Shown: positions 61,552 through 64,000 of the stretch, in pieces
How positions within the stretch are numbered: the stretch's first letter is position 1
Layout of the letters: the number at the start of each line of letters is the position of its first letter
Translations under genes and position numbers: made by a program
The notes under the pieces: generated by a model
What the model was told of the DNA's origin: nothing
Database searches by the model: none
What the model saw: only the letters and a program-made list of their open reading frames with translations
Assembly (NCBI RefSeq): GCF_964355755.1
Contig: NC_092671.1
Location: 11,594,001-11,658,000, forward strand
DNA length: 64,000 nt
Reading direction: 5' to 3'
Source of the DNA: Antedon mediterranea
Taxonomy: Eukaryota; Animalia; Echinodermata

Positions 61552-63859
61552 TTAATACTGTTCTGCTGGTGATCGGATGTCATCGATTTTGAGAATCATT
61601 CTGACCAACTGCGTGGCTAATTGAATCTGTTGCTTTTTGCCTATTAGCGTCTCTATAACATGTTGCTCCTTCATATCTGCAATAAGTACGATATTATTAT
61701 TATTGAATGCAAGAAACTGTTATATATATAACAGTGCGGCCAGATACATGCTGGTCGTATGAAACAAATTTGTAGTGATTAAAACAATGAAGTAACCAAG
61801 TTTTCTGCTGTTATTTTATTTATTTATGCTCTACCTTGGTATTGAGCACTCTATCCTAACGGTCTGATAATTTCAACCTGTATATATATATATATAAAAT
61901 GAACCTAAATGTAAGTACAATGATATATTTACAAGTGTAGCACCATAATCAGTATGCAGGGCGCATGGTAAGCTGCCCGACAATGGTTCTTGGTGCTTTA
62001 ATATCGCATAACATATGGTCTAAACACGCATTAAATAGCATGATTAGAAATCCTGTTTGTCATGCAGTCTCATGATTTTAAAAAATACCTGTAACTATGT
62101 ATAAATATAAATTGAATGATGGTGTCTTACCATTGGTACCACTGTTGAGGCAATCAATACCTAAACGTGGGTTGTTCTCTTTCAGCTGTTTAGATTTCAC
62201 CTCCGATAGAGTGCGAATCGGGTGCAGGCCGCTGTTCTCAGCCAGGGCCATTGGAATGCTTTCCAAAGCGTCTGCAAAGGCTCTCATTGCATACTGTTCA
62301 ATGCTGGATATCTAAAAAGAATATCAAAATGTGTGCTTACATGTGTATCAATCAATATTACTACTATTAACACTGTCTTACATATTAAATACAGTTCCTA
62401 AGATGAGTATCTGTTACAATGTAGCACCATAATCAGTATGCAGGGGCGCACGGTAGGCTGCCCGACAATGGTTCTTGGTGCTTTAATCTTGCATGACATA
62501 TGGTCTAAACACACATTAAATAGCATGATTAGAAATCCTGATTGTCATGCATACATATTTGCCAAATACTGTATATTTCTTTAGAATGGTTTGTCTTTGC
62601 GAATGAATCAAAGTCCTCTTACATTGTCGGCTCTTTCGCTAACTGCTAGTGCACAGGCAATCTCGGCAGCTCCGCCACCATACACGATATGATTACTACG
62701 TACAAGATTACGTGTAACACACAGAGCATCATGCAGCGCTCTTTTAGCTTCTTCAATAATCTGTAAGAAAATAGTACATTATTCATTATAAATTCAATTT
62801 GAATAAGATGCAAGATAATTATTTGCAGTAATGTTACAGTCATATCAGTATGCAGGGTCTACAATAAATGACCCGACAATGGTTCAGACTGTTGATTGCT
62901 TTAGCATGAACTCTAGCCTGAAAAGTTACAAATTAACCAATCAGGAATTCCGATAGTCATGCAGATTTCTACACACCACATGTATGTTAAAAAAAAAAAG
63001 AAATTATCTCACCATTCTGTTTCCTCCTCTGATAAAGATGGTAACAGCTTTAGTATTTGGACAGTCTTCTATGACAAGCATGTGGTCTTTAGTTGTGCCA
63101 AATGACAACTCTCTTACGATGCCAGCTGTGCCAAGCTTTTCTGCCGTTAACTCTTGGAATCTGGGTACGATCCTTCCACCGGTTGCAATGGCAATTAACT
63201 GCAATTAATATTAATACAAGAGAAACATTATTCATACAATTACGTAAATTGAAACAAGAAATAAGAAAATTCAGAATTGTAACTATTATCACAGTCATAT
63301 CAGTATGCAGGGCCTACAATAAATGACCCGACAATGGTTCAGACTGTTGGTTGCTATAGCATGAACTCTAGCCTGAAAAGTTATAGATTAACCAATCAGG
63401 AATTCCGATAGCCATGCAGAATCTTGATTTACTTTTGTAATAAACTGGAAACATGTAAATTTTACACATATCAAAGTTTATGTGACAACAAAATGTGATG
63501 TGCCCATGTGGATACCACCATATTTGGGTATTTTTTTGTCAAACTAGCTAGTACCATTACGACAACAACAATGCGGTATCACTGATTACCTCAATTTCCG
63601 GTCCTCCAACCCATCGTACAGCAGGTAGTTCATTCTGTAACAGTAAATGATTGGCTTCATCATCAAATCCCCATTGACAGATTGCTAGGTTAGCTCCAGT
63701 GTCCTTCACTTGTTTGATCATCTCTGTAAACTTCTCTTTCTCGTAAGCCTGCAGCTTTTTGTAGTCTTCAACAGACTTAATGTCCAGTTTGTGCGTCGTC
63801 TTTGGTTTCGGTGGCTCAAAAGGACACGTCAAAATGGCCATCTTCGCATCCTTGATTTC
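61552..63859 (-). CDS. CCT5: T-complex protein 1 subunit epsilon, last five exons (gene continues beyond window)
   Basis: Exons 63590-63859, 63013-63198, 62623-62760, 62131-62311 and 61552-61676. Motifs [69 protein letters not shown] and [20 protein letters not shown]. Confidence 0.97.
61933..62066 (-). ncRNA. Intronic box H/ACA snoRNA, copy 1
   Basis: Sense to CCT5; hairpin - ATATTA (H box) - hairpin AGCACCA/TGGTGCT - ACA + 3 nt; pocket sequences complementary to 18S rRNA. Confidence 0.85.
62417..62551 (-). ncRNA. Intronic box H/ACA snoRNA, copy 2 (paralogue of copy 1)
   Basis: Near-identical to 61933-62066 with stem-preserving changes; H box AGATTA; ACA at 62420-62422. Confidence 0.85.
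62829..62963 (-). ncRNA. Intronic box H/ACA snoRNA, copy 3
   Basis: Different stems from copies 1 and 2 but the same pocket guides; H box AAAGCA; ACA at 62832-62834. Confidence 0.85.
63284..63418 (-). ncRNA. Intronic box H/ACA snoRNA, copy 4 (paralogue of copy 3)
   Basis: H box ATAGCA; terminal box is the variant ATA at 63287-63289. Confidence 0.8.
63463..63548. mobile_element. Degenerate copy of the AGCTCTGTCTACAC MITE family
   Basis: TACACATATCAAAGTTTATGTGACAACAAAATGTGATGTGCCCA...ACCATATTTGGG...TTTTTTGTCAAACTAG matches the copy at 50203. Confidence 0.6.
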
Positions 63860-64000
63860 CTAAAGTGATAATTCATGCAAAGTTTTATTGCAACTTATTG
63901 AATTTAATATACCTAAGCAAACTTTTCATAACTAGTTTTTAGTATTTTTCAGAGTGATAATTTCACTTGATAAATATTTAAGGTACTTATGATGTAGCAC

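Overview
AT-rich, intron-containing eukaryotic (marine invertebrate-like, plausibly echinoderm; inferred from gene content, not proven) genomic DNA. Seven protein-coding genes were reconstructed by hand from GT-AG exons: a DUR3-like urea transporter (-), an AEN/ISG20L2-family DEDDh exonuclease (-) head-to-head with HDHD2 (+), DCST2 (-) head-to-head with TIMELESS (+), a secreted LamG-jellyroll protein with a single coding exon (-), and the 3' part of CCT5 (-). RNA genes are an intact tRNA-Thr(CGT), two degenerate tRNA-Val(AAC) copies, and four intronic H/ACA snoRNAs in consecutive CCT5 introns whose pockets match two 18S rRNA pseudouridine sites. Introns and intergenic DNA carry many non-autonomous elements: PIF/Harbinger-, Kolobok-, P/Galileo-, hAT- and Helitron-like elements plus RTE/L2/LINE fragments. 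The most notable observations are a 47-bp minisatellite that copies a TIMELESS exon/intron junction into 13 tandem splice-donor sites, the dual-guide snoRNA array, a perfect 4-residue-periodic Lys-rich N-terminal exon on DCST2, a Cys-rich insert in DUR3, and several P-type excision footprints. All calls come from reading the sequence and recalled family motifs; no database searches were run.
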